DNA of 64,000 bases from Candidatus Buchananbacteria bacterium. GTDB lineage: Bacteria > Patescibacteriota > Patescibacteriia > 2-01-FULL-39-33 > JBAYJR01. The stretch lies in the NCBI GenBank assembly GCA_041665005.1, contig JBAYJR010000004.1, forward strand, positions 20,669-84,668, written 5' to 3'. Every line of letters starts with the position of its first letter. The first letter of the stretch is position 1. The notes under the pieces were generated by a model. That model saw only the letters and a list, made by a program, of their open reading frames with translations. It was not told where the DNA came from and made no database searches. Below are positions 29,739 through 40,919 of the stretch, one piece after another. The position numbers and the translations under genes are program-made.

Positions 29739-30236
29739 ATGCCCGAAAAAAATGTAATATGTAAAATTATAGCTACTGCGCAGTTAAAAAAATTTTTTCC
29801 TGAACTAACCTGCGTCAGCGATTATGTGTGCATCCCACTATTTGATGCAGTTTACGAAAAGTTTTGCAACGAAATCAACAAAACAGACAATCCCTACGAC
29901 GTCACTGACATTTGTTATGATGACGGAAGTCAAAAGTACTCCATGCATGGATCCTCACACAGTTACACGTTAGTAATTAAAGGGAAGATCGTCAAACTCA
30001 CGGTACGTGAAAAAAACCTTGACAACTATCGTGAAGATAGCGACTTTATCTGGCAAAAGGATTTGGTTGAATTTGCTGGAAGAGAATCTCTAACCCAAAA
30101 TTTATGCAATCAATTTATTGATTTCATAAAGCAACAGAGGTTGGAAGAGCTACGAGAAGCGGCAAGCAAAAAATTACAAGAAAAAAAGACCCACCACCTA
30201 GCTCCAGAACTTCAATCATATTTCGATCTAGTATAA
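29739..30236 (+). CDS. Hypothetical Cys-rich protein
   Basis: ATG at 29739 preceded by GGAGG 8 nt upstream (the track uses GTG at 29730). 165 aa with no recognisable family. Followed by a terminator. Confidence 0.45.
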   Translation: MPEKNVICKIIATAQLKKFFPELTCVSDYVCIPLFDAVYEKFCNEINKTDNPYDVTDICYDDGSQKYSMHGSSHSYTLVIKGKIVKLTVREKNLDNYREDSDFIWQKDLVEFAGRESLTQNLCNQFIDFIKQQRLEELREAASKKLQEKKTHHLAPELQSYFDLV

Positions 30237-30252
30237 GAGACTATTTCTCAAC

Positions 30253-30281
30253 AAGGAATTAACACAATTCCTTGTTTTTTT
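30253..30281 (+). terminator. Intrinsic terminator
   Basis: CAAGGAATT-aacac-AATTCCTTG perfect 9-bp stem followed by TTTTTTT. Confidence 0.7.
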
Positions 30282-30331
30282 ATCTAGTAATTTTTCTGCT
30301 TTTTGGTAAATTGAAACGCCAATATTATTCA

Positions 30332-30610
30332 CAGAAAGCCTGGGGGTTTGGGGGAACCAATTGAACCCCAGGGATTACTTATAAAAATAAACAAATTATC
30401 AGCTAGTAGCGTGCCAGCCCTAGGCTGGTCCGCCTTGGGCGGAAATTTGTGCCCCCAAAACTTTTGCCTGCCCCGCATGGCGGTGGGTCCTTTTGGTTAC
30501 AAAAGGACAAGAATATTAAGGATGACATTCTACTGAAATTTAATCACTTTGAGAGTAAAAGTGACAACACAAATTAATCTGGATTCTGGGCCAAGCCCGG
30601 AATGACAAAA
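30332..30610. repeat. Structured GC-rich intergenic repeat element, copy 1 (putative ncRNA or MITE-like element)
   Basis: About 280 nt sharing conserved blocks with 53974..54312: ...AAACAAAyTATCAGCTAGTAGmGyGCCAGCCCyAGGCTGGTCCGCCtGGGGCGGAAATTTGT... at the 5' side and ...AGTGACAACmyAAATTAATCTGGATTCyGGGyCAAGCCCGGAATGACAAA at the 3' side. It contains a tandem double hairpin at 30414-30443 and a long-range pairing TTTGGGGG / CCCCCAAA. Confidence 0.6.
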
Positions 30611-30617
30611 ATAAATA

Positions 30618-32192
30618 CTATTTCACCATCCCCTGACTTCTCTTTAACCGATGAAAACTGATCGCAAAACGATGAGCTTCGTCGCGAAGGCGTTGCACTA
30701 ATTTTAAGGCTGGTGATTTTTTATTTAATTTAACCGGATATTGCGAACCAAAAGTATAAAGTTCTTCTTCTCGCTTAGCTAGCGCCACCACCGGCAAAGC
30801 CAAACCTAAATCACGCATGACTTGCAAGGCTGCGGATAATTGCGGCCGGCCACCATCTACCATCAGTAAATCTGGCAAAGGTTTTTTTTCGGCCAACAAC
30901 CGGCTGTAACGACGATAAATTATTTCTTTCATCATGGCAAAATCATTTTGCCCGGTCACCGTTTGAATAATAAAGTGCCGATAATTATTTTTATCCGGCC
31001 GGCCGGCCTTAAAATTAACCATCGAACCAACGGCGTTAGTTCCTTGAATTTGCGAAATATCAAAACATTCAATCACTTCTGGCAAACGCGGCAATTGCAA
31101 AGCATTTTGTAATTCTAGTAAAGCCGGCTCCCCTAATTGCGCGGAAATTAAAATATTCTTTTTTACTAATTCCAACAAGGCCAACTTATCCCCCTTTTCC
31201 GGCACAATTATTTTTACTTTTTTCTGCGCCAACTGACTTAAATACTCGGCAATCAATTCTTGTTCAATCAACATTTGTGGCACAATTACTTCACTAGGAA
31301 TTTCTTGTTGAAAATAATATTGCTTAATAAATTCACTAAATTTTTCTAAAGCCAACTCTTTGGTGGCAGTTAAACGATACTCCCGGCGGCCGGAAACTAG
31401 CCCATGAAGCACGTTAAACAATTGAATTACTAATTCCGGGCCAATGACTTGATAATTAATAACATCCTGATTGTAACCTTTAGGTAAAGAGACACGCTGT
31501 TTTTCTGCTAAATTGGTCAGCGTCAAAATTTGGTCGCGACGAATTTTAGCACTTTCATAATTTTGTTGCTGAGAAAAAATTTTCATCTCACGCCGAAGTT
31601 CTCTAATTAATTCCGGAGTTTGTCCTTTTAATAAACTTTCGGCCTTTTTAACATTAGTCTGGTAATCAACGGCACTAATCTGGCCAATACAAGGCGCCGA
31701 GCATTGCTTAATATGATAAAGTAAACAGGCAATTTTAGGTAAACGTTTACAAACACGCAACTTAAATAAGGTATTAGCCAAATAAATTGCCTGACGCCGA
31801 GTTTCACCCGAGACGAAAGGTCCAAAAACTTTTTCCGTGGTTTTAAATTCGCGCACACTAACTAGACGCGGAAATTTATCCTCAGTAATTTTAATATAGG
31901 CATAACGCTGTCCTTCTTTTAATAAAATATTATAAGGTGGCTGATGATCGCGAATTAACTTGGCTTCCATAATCAACGCTTCCACTTCGGTATTAGTCAA
32001 GAAAAAATCAAAATCCGCCACTAACCTGACCAAAGCTCGCGTTTTGGGATCGTGATCTTTTTTTTGCCAGTACGAAGACACGCGCTTGCGTAAATTCTTA
32101 GCCTTACCAACATAAACAATCTTACCTTTTTTGTTTTTAAAAAGGTAACAACCGGGGCCATTGGGAATAATTTTTAATTTATTGCTCAACAT
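30618..32192 (-). CDS. uvrC: Excinuclease ABC subunit C
   Basis: N-terminal GIY-YIG (GCYLFKNKKGKIVYVGKAKNLRKRVSSY), a UvrC central domain and C-terminal RNaseH-like/HhH regions. Confidence 0.9.
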   Translation of the reverse strand: MLSNKLKIIPNGPGCYLFKNKKGKIVYVGKAKNLRKRVSSYWQKKDHDPKTRALVRLVADFDFFLTNTEVEALIMEAKLIRDHQPPYNILLKEGQRYAYIKITEDKFPRLVSVREFKTTEKVFGPFVSGETRRQAIYLANTLFKLRVCKRLPKIACLLYHIKQCSAPCIGQISAVDYQTNVKKAESLLKGQTPELIRELRREMKIFSQQQNYESAKIRRDQILTLTNLAEKQRVSLPKGYNQDVINYQVIGPELVIQLFNVLHGLVSGRREYRLTATKELALEKFSEFIKQYYFQQEIPSEVIVPQMLIEQELIAEYLSQLAQKKVKIIVPEKGDKLALLELVKKNILISAQLGEPALLELQNALQLPRLPEVIECFDISQIQGTNAVGSMVNFKAGRPDKNNYRHFIIQTVTGQNDFAMMKEIIYRRYSRLLAEKKPLPDLLMVDGGRPQLSAALQVMRDLGLALPVVALAKREEELYTFGSQYPVKLNKKSPALKLVQRLRDEAHRFAISFHRLKRSQGMVK

Positions 32193-32194
32193 AC

Positions 32195-35056
32195 TTACTT
32201 ACTATATTTTTTAGCGCCAATCACGGACTTTAAATATTTACCGGTCGCACTCCATTTAGCACATTTAACAATTTTTTCCGGCGTACCTTCGGCGATTACC
32301 CGCCCCCCCTTATCACCGCCACCTGGACCCAAATCAATCAGCCAATCGGCAGTTTTGATAACATCCAAATTATGTTCAATTACCAAAACAGTGTTTCCTT
32401 TTTCTACCAAGCGTTGTAATACTTCTAATAATTTAGCTACATCGGCAAAATGTAACCCCGTAGTAGGTTCATCTAAAATATACAAAGTGTTGCCCGTAGC
32501 GCGACGAGATAATTCGGTCGCCAATTTAATTCTTTGGGCTTCACCGCCAGACAAAGTAGTTGCCGCTTGACCCAGCTCAATATAACCTAAACCGACTTCC
32601 AACAACAAATTGAGTTTATTGGCCAAGCTAGGAATATTAACAAAAAATCGAGCCGCCTCTTCAACATTCATCCGCAAGACTTCCGCAATATTTTTTCCTT
32701 TGTAGGTAACGGCTAAAGTTTCTTGATTATATCTTTTGCCTTTACATTTTTCGCATTCCACATAAACATCCGGCAAAAAATGCATCTCAATTTTAATCAA
32801 ACCATCCCCTTGGCAATGTTCACACCGACCACCCGCCACATTAAAGCTAAAACGGCCTACTTTATAACCCCTAATTTTTGCCTCTTTAGTGCTGGCAAAC
32901 AAATCTCTGACTTCGGTAAAAAAACCAACATAAGTCGCGGGATTAGACCGCGGGGTGCGACCAATCGGCGACTGATCAATAATTACCACTTTATCCAAAT
33001 TGCCAAATCCTTTAATTAATTTGTGGGCGCCCGGTTTTTCAGTTGCGGCATTTAACTTTTGCGCCAAAGCTTTATACAAAACATCATCTACTAGCGTGCT
33101 TTTGCCACTACCAGACACCCCCGTAATACAAGTAAAAGTGCGCAAAGGAATCCGCACGTCAATTTCTTTCAAATTATTCTGCTTGGCACCCATAATTTCT
33201 AACCAATCAAAAGCCTTACGTCTGACTTCTGGTACCGCAATTTTTTGTTTACCACTTAAATACTGACCGGTAATCGAAAGTTTATTCTTCATCAATTGCT
33301 GGGCCGTGCCTTGAGCCACCACTTGCCCGCCGTGTACTCCCGCTCCCGGACCCAAATCCACTACATAATCAGCCGCCATAATAGTTTCCGCATCATGTTC
33401 TACCACAATTACCGTATTGCCCAAATCACGTAAACGTTTTAAAGCCTCAATTAGTTTTTCATTGTCTCGTTGGTGCAAGCCAATTGATGGCTCGTCCAAA
33501 ATATACATCACTCCCCGCAGTTCTGAGCCAATTTGAGTTGCTAAACGAATACGCTGTGCTTCCCCACCGGACAAAGTTCCGGCTTGACGACTTAAAGTTA
33601 AATAATCTAAACCGACATTCAACAAAAACTGTAACCGTGACAGTAATTCTTTCAACACCAACTTGGCAATTAATTTTTCCTTGGCTGTTAATTCTAAATT
33701 GGCAAAAAACTTTAATAATTGATCAATTGATAAATTAGTTATTTCATAAATACTCTGTTCACCAATAGTCACCGCCAAAGCCTCCGGTTTTAATCTTTTT
33801 CCCTGACAAGCTGGGCAAGGATTATTGGACATATATTTATGCATGTCTTCTTTGCGCCATTCCGATTCAGTTTGATGATATAAACGTTTTAAGGTTAATA
33901 AAACACCTTCAAATTTACCCTGAAAAGAATAACTACTATGATCACCTTCCATTTTAACTGGAATAGCGTCAGTTGAACCATAAAGTACCGCCTGCACAAA
34001 AGTTTTAGGCAAATCTTTAAAAGCCAACCAAGGATCAACTTTATAATGTTTAGCCAAGCTTTGTAAATACTGACCGCGCCAACCATCAACCTGGTTACGC
34101 CAAGGAGCAATCGCCCCTTCCATTAAAGATTTATTTTTATCCGGAACAACCAAATCAACATCAAATTCCATTAAAGCCCCTAAACCATGACAGGTAGGGC
34201 AAGCGCCAAATGGCGAATTAAAACTAAACAACCGTGGTTGGATTTCGGCAATTGAGATATTACAATGGGTGCAGGCATTATGCTGAGAAAAAGTTTTAAC
34301 CTTACTTTTTTTACCAGTCCCAAATTTAACCATCAACAAGCCTTCGGCTAACTGCGCCGCTTGTTCAACCGAACCAGTTAGCCGAGCCATAAAATCTTCA
34401 CTTTTGGCTTTAATGCTCAAGCGATCAACAATTACTAAAATATCGTGGTTATATTTTTTATCTAACTTAATTTTTTCCCAATCCGTTAACTCATATTCCC
34501 GACCATCAACCTCAACCGCCACAAAACCTTGCTCTAGCCAAGTTTGAAATTGTTGTTCATAACTCCCCTTGCGACCACGCACCACCGGCGCTAAAATAAT
34601 TATTTTAGTACCGATTGGTTCAGTTAATAAATTTTCCACAATACTTTCCAAGCTTTGTTGCTTAATTACCCGGCCACAATTGGGACAGTGTGGTATACCA
34701 ATCCGCGCGTAAAGCAAACGTAAATAATCATAAACTTCCGTCACAGTACCAACCGTAGAACGGGGATTTTTGGAAACAGTTTTTTGTTCAATAGAAATTG
34801 CCGGCGATAAGCCATGAATGCTGTCTAAATCCGGTTTATGCATTAACCCCAAAAATTGTCTAGCATAAGCCGACAAACTCTCAACGTATCGTCGTTGACC
34901 TTCAGCATAAATAGTATCAAAGGCCAAGGTTGATTTACCCGAACCAGACAAACCGGTAAATACCACCAATTTATCCAACGGTAAATCTATATCAATATTT
35001 TTTAAATTGTGCTCGCGGGCTCCTCTAATGCTCAAATATTCCTTTTTTTCTGTCAT
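32195..35056 (-). CDS. uvrA: Excinuclease ABC subunit A
   Basis: 953 aa with duplicated ABC ATPase modules ([25 protein letters not shown]), zinc-finger Cys clusters and LSGGEAQR signatures. Confidence 0.95.
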   Translation of the reverse strand: MTEKKEYLSIRGAREHNLKNIDIDLPLDKLVVFTGLSGSGKSTLAFDTIYAEGQRRYVESLSAYARQFLGLMHKPDLDSIHGLSPAISIEQKTVSKNPRSTVGTVTEVYDYLRLLYARIGIPHCPNCGRVIKQQSLESIVENLLTEPIGTKIIILAPVVRGRKGSYEQQFQTWLEQGFVAVEVDGREYELTDWEKIKLDKKYNHDILVIVDRLSIKAKSEDFMARLTGSVEQAAQLAEGLLMVKFGTGKKSKVKTFSQHNACTHCNISIAEIQPRLFSFNSPFGACPTCHGLGALMEFDVDLVVPDKNKSLMEGAIAPWRNQVDGWRGQYLQSLAKHYKVDPWLAFKDLPKTFVQAVLYGSTDAIPVKMEGDHSSYSFQGKFEGVLLTLKRLYHQTESEWRKEDMHKYMSNNPCPACQGKRLKPEALAVTIGEQSIYEITNLSIDQLLKFFANLELTAKEKLIAKLVLKELLSRLQFLLNVGLDYLTLSRQAGTLSGGEAQRIRLATQIGSELRGVMYILDEPSIGLHQRDNEKLIEALKRLRDLGNTVIVVEHDAETIMAADYVVDLGPGAGVHGGQVVAQGTAQQLMKNKLSITGQYLSGKQKIAVPEVRRKAFDWLEIMGAKQNNLKEIDVRIPLRTFTCITGVSGSGKSTLVDDVLYKALAQKLNAATEKPGAHKLIKGFGNLDKVVIIDQSPIGRTPRSNPATYVGFFTEVRDLFASTKEAKIRGYKVGRFSFNVAGGRCEHCQGDGLIKIEMHFLPDVYVECEKCKGKRYNQETLAVTYKGKNIAEVLRMNVEEAARFFVNIPSLANKLNLLLEVGLGYIELGQAATTLSGGEAQRIKLATELSRRATGNTLYILDEPTTGLHFADVAKLLEVLQRLVEKGNTVLVIEHNLDVIKTADWLIDLGPGGGDKGGRVIAEGTPEKIVKCAKWSATGKYLKSVIGAKKYSK

Positions 35057-35067
35057 ATAATATATAA

Positions 35068-37026
35068 TTAATGATCAAATTTTTCTTTAAACTTAGCGAT
35101 TTTTTCTCTTAACTCAATCGCTTTTTCAAAATCCAAATTTTCGGCCGCCACCAACATTTGGCCCTCTAAATCAACTAGCACTTTTTCTAATTCCAGTTCT
35201 TTTCCTTTAAATTCTGGCAAGACCGCTGCTTCTTCCGCTTTAATCGCCTTAATAATACTTTGCGGGGTAATTTTATGTTTTGAATTATAAGCAAGTTGTC
35301 GCTCTCGACGCCGATCAGTTTCCCAAATTGCCTCTTTAATACTTTCAGTTTTTTTGTCGGCATACATAATTACTCTAGAATCAATATTACGCGCCGCCCG
35401 GCCAATCGTTTGAATCAAGCTACGGGCATTGCGCAAAAAACCTTCTTTATCCGCATCTAAAATGGCCACTAAAGCTACTTCCGGCAGATCTAAACCTTCT
35501 CGCAATAAATTAATACCCACCAAAATATCAAATTTGCCTAAGCGTAAATTTTTAATAATTTTACTCCGCTCTAAAGTTTCTATTTCGCTATGCAAATATT
35601 CCGCCCGATGACCATGTTGACGTAAATAGCTTTGTAGTTCTTCGGCCATTTTTTTAGTTAAGGTGGTAATTAACACCCGATAACCTTTAGCCACTGTTTG
35701 CTTAATCTCTTTGGCTAAATCCTCAACTTGCCCGGCGGTTGGTCGAATAATTATTGGTGGCTCAACAATGCCGGTCGGCCGAACAATTTGTTCAACCACC
35801 TGCTGGGAATTTTGCAATTCATAATCTCCGGGTGTGGCTGAAACATAAATTACCTGCTTTAAATATTTTTCGAATTCAGCAAACTTTAGTGGACGATTAT
35901 CATAAGCGCTAGGCAACCGCCAACCGTAATCAATTAGATTTTTTTTACGTGAATGGTCGCCTTCATACATACCCCGCACCTGTGGCGTAGAAGCATGACT
36001 TTCATCAATAAACAAAGTCCAACCAGTTGGTCCAGCAGCATAATTAAAAAAATCTAACAAGGTATAGGGTGGGGTGCCGGGCTTACGACCATCAAAGTGA
36101 CGCGAATAGTTTTCAATCCCCTTGCAGTAGCCCAACTGCTCAATCATTTCTAAATCATATTTAACCCGTTGACTTAAACGATAGGCCTCTAGCGTGCCTA
36201 ATTCTGGTAAACGTTGTGCTAACTCGGCCCGAATACTTTTTAAAGCATTAAAAATTTTGTCTGGCGGCACCACGAATGGTTTGGCTGGAAAAATTCTAAC
36301 CTCGGTTAAACTATTAGTCTTTTTTCCGGTTAATTTATGAACATCGCTGATCGCCACCAAATGCTCATCTGCAAACTGTAAACGCACCATATTACTGTTG
36401 GCCGAACCTTGAATTAAATCAACCACGCCGCCCCGCACCCGAAAACGTCCTGGCCGTAATTCTAAATCATTACGCTGATACTGAATATCAATTAATCGAC
36501 TAATAACTTCGCGCTGAGTAATTTTGGTGCGGTTATTTTTAGCTAAAGACAAAGCAAAAGATTCTTGTTTAAAATCTTCCGGTTGGCCAAAACCATAAAT
36601 GCAAGAAACTGAGGCAATTACAATTACATCTTTTCTGGACATTAAAGCAGCGGCAGTTTCTAAACGCAACCGTTCAATTTCTTCATTAATCATGGCATCC
36701 TTTTCAATAAAAGTATCAGTTTGCGGCAAATAACTTTCGGGCTGATAATAATCATAATAAGAAATGAAAAAACAAACTTGGTTTTCGGGAAAAAAACTTT
36801 TGAACTCATTATACAATTGCGCGGCTAAAGTTTTATTATGCGACAAAATTAAGGTTGGCTGGCCAATTTTTTCAATTACTTTAGCCATAGTAAAAGTCTT
36901 GCCTGAGCCGGTTACGCCCAACAAAGTTTGTTGTGAATATTTTTGATAGCCCGTAATCAATTTTTTGATGGCTTGCGGTTGATCACCGCGCGGCTGATAA
37001 TTTGCCACTAACTTAAACTTGTCCAT
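35068..37026 (-). CDS. uvrB: Excinuclease ABC subunit B
   Basis: 652 aa with a helicase Walker A ([10 protein letters not shown]), beta-hairpin region and C-terminal UVR domain. Confidence 0.95.
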   Translation of the reverse strand: MDKFKLVANYQPRGDQPQAIKKLITGYQKYSQQTLLGVTGSGKTFTMAKVIEKIGQPTLILSHNKTLAAQLYNEFKSFFPENQVCFFISYYDYYQPESYLPQTDTFIEKDAMINEEIERLRLETAAALMSRKDVIVIASVSCIYGFGQPEDFKQESFALSLAKNNRTKITQREVISRLIDIQYQRNDLELRPGRFRVRGGVVDLIQGSANSNMVRLQFADEHLVAISDVHKLTGKKTNSLTEVRIFPAKPFVVPPDKIFNALKSIRAELAQRLPELGTLEAYRLSQRVKYDLEMIEQLGYCKGIENYSRHFDGRKPGTPPYTLLDFFNYAAGPTGWTLFIDESHASTPQVRGMYEGDHSRKKNLIDYGWRLPSAYDNRPLKFAEFEKYLKQVIYVSATPGDYELQNSQQVVEQIVRPTGIVEPPIIIRPTAGQVEDLAKEIKQTVAKGYRVLITTLTKKMAEELQSYLRQHGHRAEYLHSEIETLERSKIIKNLRLGKFDILVGINLLREGLDLPEVALVAILDADKEGFLRNARSLIQTIGRAARNIDSRVIMYADKKTESIKEAIWETDRRRERQLAYNSKHKITPQSIIKAIKAEEAAVLPEFKGKELELEKVLVDLEGQMLVAAENLDFEKAIELREKIAKFKEKFDH

Positions 37027-37239
37027 ATATACTGCAGACTTTGTTATTGAGTGTTTATTAATAGCACAAAATGACCCCGCTAAGCACTTTTTGGCCTATT
37101 TGGGGCTTATAATTAAACTTTGTCTATTATATCGCAAAAACTAGTCATTGACAACTCTTGACAACTTAACAAAATAGTGATAAAAATCTTTCACAGCTGG
37201 CACCTTACAACGCAACAAAAATTTAAGAAGGAGGAAACC

Positions 37240-38286
37240 ATGGCTACCAGAAAAGCAATCTGCAAATACTGCCAACATCCAAATTATTTTGACATCGGAA
37301 ACTTTGATACAAGTAGTCGGCCGGGCGGTTTTGAAAATAAACTCCACCGGCATTGTGCAGTCTGTAAAGCCGAATATCATTTATTAAGCAACAGTCAAAA
37401 TCCGTATTGGCACCAAACTTGTGCCACTGTTAAATATTTAAGGGAGCGTCAACGACAGACAGCAATTTTAATTGCCAGACTCTCCCCTGCTTTACAGAAA
37501 GAACTGCAACAATTAAAGCAAGAACTAAAAAAACTTAGTAAAGAAAAAATAGCTAGTTTTAATTTACCACTTGTAGAACTGGCTAAATTGAATGAAAGAA
37601 TAAGGGAACTGAAATCGCAAATAACAACAATTATTGACTCGGCCAAAGTAATCAAGGTTAATGCCAACCAAATTACGCCTACCCCCGAAAAAATTAAGGC
37701 CAAAAAATTAATAATAGTTTGCGACGTGGACGGGGTGATGCGGGATATTATTAATCCCCTTGTTGACTACTGCAACTCAAGATGGCATCTAAACTATGAT
37801 CGCAAAAACTTTGTGGGCTATGATAGTATTTTTGATCATCCCAAAATGCCCGTTGATGCCAAAAAAACTATTTTTTCGGATATCAACTTTTGGCAGGGCC
37901 GAACACCTTATCTGGGTGTGGAAGTTTATCTGCCAAAGATTATTGCCAATGGCATAATCACTTACGCCTGCACTCATCAAGACCAGGCCGTTGAACATTT
38001 AGTACCAAAATGGTTTAAGCAATTTAATCTGCCAATTACCGAAGATAAAATTATCTTCGCTAAACCGGAAGAAAAAATTGCGGTTTGCCAAAGACTAAAT
38101 ACTGATTGGCTGGTTGAAGATAATCCTCAAACTGTTTTACAGGCTGCTCAGGCCGGCCTAAAAGTAATAGCGGTTATCAGGCCCTATAACCGCGAAATCT
38201 TAAAATTTAAAAGTGAGTTTATCTTTCCCGTTAAAAACTGGAAAGAAATCTATAACCTCATTGAACAAAAACGACCAACTGTTTAA
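37240..38286 (+). CDS. Hypothetical protein: N-terminal Cys4 zinc-ribbon, coiled-coil, and C-terminal HAD-like 5'(3')-deoxyribonucleotidase (NT5C-like) domain
   Basis: ATG at 37240 with AAGGAGG 8 nt upstream (the track start 37177 is further upstream). Contains CKYCQ...CAVC and the HAD motif I IIVCDVDGVMRD. Confidence 0.5.
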   Translation: MATRKAICKYCQHPNYFDIGNFDTSSRPGGFENKLHRHCAVCKAEYHLLSNSQNPYWHQTCATVKYLRERQRQTAILIARLSPALQKELQQLKQELKKLSKEKIASFNLPLVELAKLNERIRELKSQITTIIDSAKVIKVNANQITPTPEKIKAKKLIIVCDVDGVMRDIINPLVDYCNSRWHLNYDRKNFVGYDSIFDHPKMPVDAKKTIFSDINFWQGRTPYLGVEVYLPKIIANGIITYACTHQDQAVEHLVPKWFKQFNLPITEDKIIFAKPEEKIAVCQRLNTDWLVEDNPQTVLQAAQAGLKVIAVIRPYNREILKFKSEFIFPVKNWKEIYNLIEQKRPTV

Positions 38287-38297
38287 ACAGTTGGTCT

Positions 38298-38645
38298 TTA
38301 ATTTGCTCTAATTATTTCGCAATTAGCAGTTACTTCCACCAAATGCTCGGCGGTAGACCCGTAAGCTGAGCACTGATTTGCTAACTTTTCATCAACCGCC
38401 TGTCGCGGATCGTGAGCGATGTCACACACCCAACCAGGCTTGATACTATTAGCCAAACAGGGTCCTTGGCTTAAATCAATTTCTTGTTCTAACTTTTTTT
38501 GACACAACTTAACGCACAAATTTTTAGCTTGACTTTTGACTAAAAAAATTTGGTTGGCGGTTTGTAGAATATCAGTTCTAAAATAGATAAACAATAAAAC
38601 AAAAACAACCACCAATAAGCCGGCGATTGTGAATTTATTAAACAT
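38298..38645 (-). CDS. Hypothetical membrane-anchored Cys-containing protein
   Basis: 115 aa with an N-terminal TM helix and 6 Cys. No family recognised. Confidence 0.35.
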   Translation of the reverse strand: MFNKFTIAGLLVVVFVLLFIYFRTDILQTANQIFLVKSQAKNLCVKLCQKKLEQEIDLSQGPCLANSIKPGWVCDIAHDPRQAVDEKLANQCSAYGSTAEHLVEVTANCEIIRAN

Positions 38646-38656
38646 AACTTTAACAA

Positions 38657-39643
38657 TTATTTTTTACGCCGAATAACTTTTTTGGCTTGCGCAATTATTT
38701 GTCTGGTATTAATCTGATACTTATCCAATAACTCTTGAGCCTCTCCTGATTCACCAAATTTATCTAGCATCGCCACCGCTTCTATCGGCACCGGAAACTT
38801 TTGCGCCAACAATTCTGCGACCGCGCCAAATAAACCACCATTGATTTGATGTTCTTCAACTACGACCACGGCTCCAGTTTTCTGAGCCGCCTTAATGATG
38901 GCCAGTTGGTCTAAAGGTTTAATAGTGTGATTATTAACCACCAAACTGTTTATTTTTTTCTGAGCCAAAGCCTGCGCGGCCAATAAGGCTGAATAAACTA
39001 CTGGTCCACCAGCAATAATGGTAACTTGCGGGTTTTGACCAGTCCAAAAAATTTCCGCCCGGCCAACCTTAAAAGGTGTTTTAGTAGTAGTAAAAACCGG
39101 CGTAGCCTGGCGCGTTAAACGGAGATAAACCGGCCCCTTAATTTTAGCCGTCGCTAATACTGCCTGTTTTGTTTCTTCGTAATCGCTCGGAGCAATAACC
39201 GTTAAATTAGGCAACACCCGCATTAAAGCTAAATCTTCCAACGCTTGATGAGTGGCGCCATCCGGACCAACCGAAAGACCACTATGGCCACCAATAATTT
39301 TAACATTAGCCTTGTTGTAAGCGATACCAACCCGAATTTGTTCCCAATTACGGCCCGGAGAAAAAACCGCATACGAAGAAATAAAAGGTATCTTGCCCGC
39401 TAACGCCAAACCCGCAGCCAGACCGGCCAAATTTTGTTCGGCTACCCCCACTTCAAAAAAACGTTCAGGAAATTTCTGAGCAAAAGCTTCACAACGAGTT
39501 GATTCAGTTACATCCGCGCACAACACTACTACTTGCTTATTTTTTTGACCTAATTCCACCAAAGCTTCACCAAACCCATCGCGCGTGGCTTTAGTAATAA
39601 TTGACTTAGTAAAAATATTTTTAGCTAAACTTTTTTCTAACAT
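38657..39643 (-). CDS. tktB: Transketolase, C-terminal subunit (pyrimidine-binding + C-terminal domain)
   Basis: 328 aa with Pyr-binding and C-terminal domain motifs (GPDGATHQALEDLALMRVLPNLTV). Split-transketolase arrangement with the upstream gene. Confidence 0.85.
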   Translation of the reverse strand: MLEKSLAKNIFTKSIITKATRDGFGEALVELGQKNKQVVVLCADVTESTRCEAFAQKFPERFFEVGVAEQNLAGLAAGLALAGKIPFISSYAVFSPGRNWEQIRVGIAYNKANVKIIGGHSGLSVGPDGATHQALEDLALMRVLPNLTVIAPSDYEETKQAVLATAKIKGPVYLRLTRQATPVFTTTKTPFKVGRAEIFWTGQNPQVTIIAGGPVVYSALLAAQALAQKKINSLVVNNHTIKPLDQLAIIKAAQKTGAVVVVEEHQINGGLFGAVAELLAQKFPVPIEAVAMLDKFGESGEAQELLDKYQINTRQIIAQAKKVIRRKK

Positions 39644-39644
39644 A

Positions 39645-40502
39645 TTATAAAAATTTACCGGCTAATTGTTTACCCAATATTTGCAACTCAGCTAAAGCTT
39701 TCTTGGCCTCAACTTCGTTTGGCGCTTTACCGTGCCATTGATAATTATTTTCCATAAAACTAACCCCTTTACCCGGAATAGTTTTGGCCAAAATTACCGT
39801 TGGCTGTTTAAGATTAACTTTGGCTTGCTGACCAGCCTCAATAATTTTTCCTAAATTGTTGCCGTCAATTTCTATTACCTGCCAACCAAAAGCTCGCCAT
39901 TTATCCGCTAACGGCTCTAAGGGCATTACCTGTTCAGTTGGGCCGCCAATTTGAATATTATTACGATCAACAATAGCTGTTAGATGCGTTAATTTATGTT
40001 TGGCGGCAAACATTATCGCTTCCCAACTTTGGCCCTCATCTAACTCACCGTCGCTCATTAAACAATAAACCCAATAATCTTGTTTATCCAGCTGTCGCGC
40101 TAACGCTAGACCAATCGCCTGCGACAAGCCCTGACCCAAAGGACCACCAGAAGTTTCAATACCCGGCAAGCCGTGATTAAAAGTAGAATGTCCTTGCAGT
40201 CGCGAGCCTAATTTTCTTAAGGTGACTAATTCTTTCTTAGAAAAAAAACCACGTTCAGCTAAGGTGGCGTAAAGTACTGGGCAAATATGAGCATTAGATA
40301 AAACCAAGCGATCACGTTCCGACCAATGTGGCTTTTTCGGATCAACTTTTAAAAGATTAAAATACAAAGCCGTAAAAACATCAGCCATCCCCAAAGACCC
40401 AGCGCTATGACCAGACTTGGCGGCTAACAACATTTTGATGACTTCTTGTCTAATATTATTAGCCGTTACGGCTAAGTTTTGATAATTAATTTGCTCTGAC
40501 AT
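39645..40502 (-). CDS. tktA: Transketolase, N-terminal subunit (TPP-binding)
   Basis: 285 aa with the TPP-binding motif (GHSAGSLGMAD...CLMSDGELDEG). Confidence 0.85.
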   Translation of the reverse strand: MSEQINYQNLAVTANNIRQEVIKMLLAAKSGHSAGSLGMADVFTALYFNLLKVDPKKPHWSERDRLVLSNAHICPVLYATLAERGFFSKKELVTLRKLGSRLQGHSTFNHGLPGIETSGGPLGQGLSQAIGLALARQLDKQDYWVYCLMSDGELDEGQSWEAIMFAAKHKLTHLTAIVDRNNIQIGGPTEQVMPLEPLADKWRAFGWQVIEIDGNNLGKIIEAGQQAKVNLKQPTVILAKTIPGKGVSFMENNYQWHGKAPNEVEAKKALAELQILGKQLAGKFL

Positions 40503-40552
40503 TTGACAATTTAATAAATTAAGAGTTAACTTAGTTAAAAGGAGGGTATTAT

Positions 40553-40909
40553 ATGAAACGAGTTTTAGTAATTGCCAATGACTTAGATGTTTTGGCTACT
40601 TTAAACCTATTACTAGAAAGTAATAAGTATAAGACGGTGTGTACTCAAGACCCGGATCAAGGTTTATCTTTGTTGAAATACTGCCAAGACATATCCAGGA
40701 CTAAATTTGATGCAATAGTAGTTAATACTGAGAATAACTATGACGACTATCTAGAGAAATTTCTGGTTTCAGCTGATTCGGCCAAAGTAATTGCCCTGGA
40801 CTGCGATTACATCAAAAAAAGACCGAAGGAATTAATTATTATTAATTCCATATTAAATTATACCGAAGAACTACTAAACCAATTGCAACAACTCACCCCT
40901 TCTCAATAA
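40553..40909 (+). CDS. CheY-like receiver-domain-like protein (stand-alone)
   Basis: 118 aa, MKRVLVIANDLDVLATLNLLL...FDAIVVN, with a GGAGGG RBS at -10. The acidic pocket is only partly conserved, so this is a low-confidence call. Confidence 0.35.
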   Translation: MKRVLVIANDLDVLATLNLLLESNKYKTVCTQDPDQGLSLLKYCQDISRTKFDAIVVNTENNYDDYLEKFLVSADSAKVIALDCDYIKKRPKELIIINSILNYTEELLNQLQQLTPSQ

Positions 40910-40919
40910 AGGGGTGATT

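Noticed and set aside
30348-30536. 62-aa ORF inside repeat element copy 1
   Set aside because: The equivalent region of copy 2 has no conserved ORF (different frame and stops). The conservation pattern is in base-pairing, not codons.
38262-38300. 24-nt perfect palindrome GACCAACTGTTTAAACAGTTGGTC spanning the stop of 37240..38286
   Set aside because: It is most simply a shared bidirectional terminator-like hairpin between convergent genes with a zero-length loop. No T-run follows, so it is weak evidence; kept as a note only.
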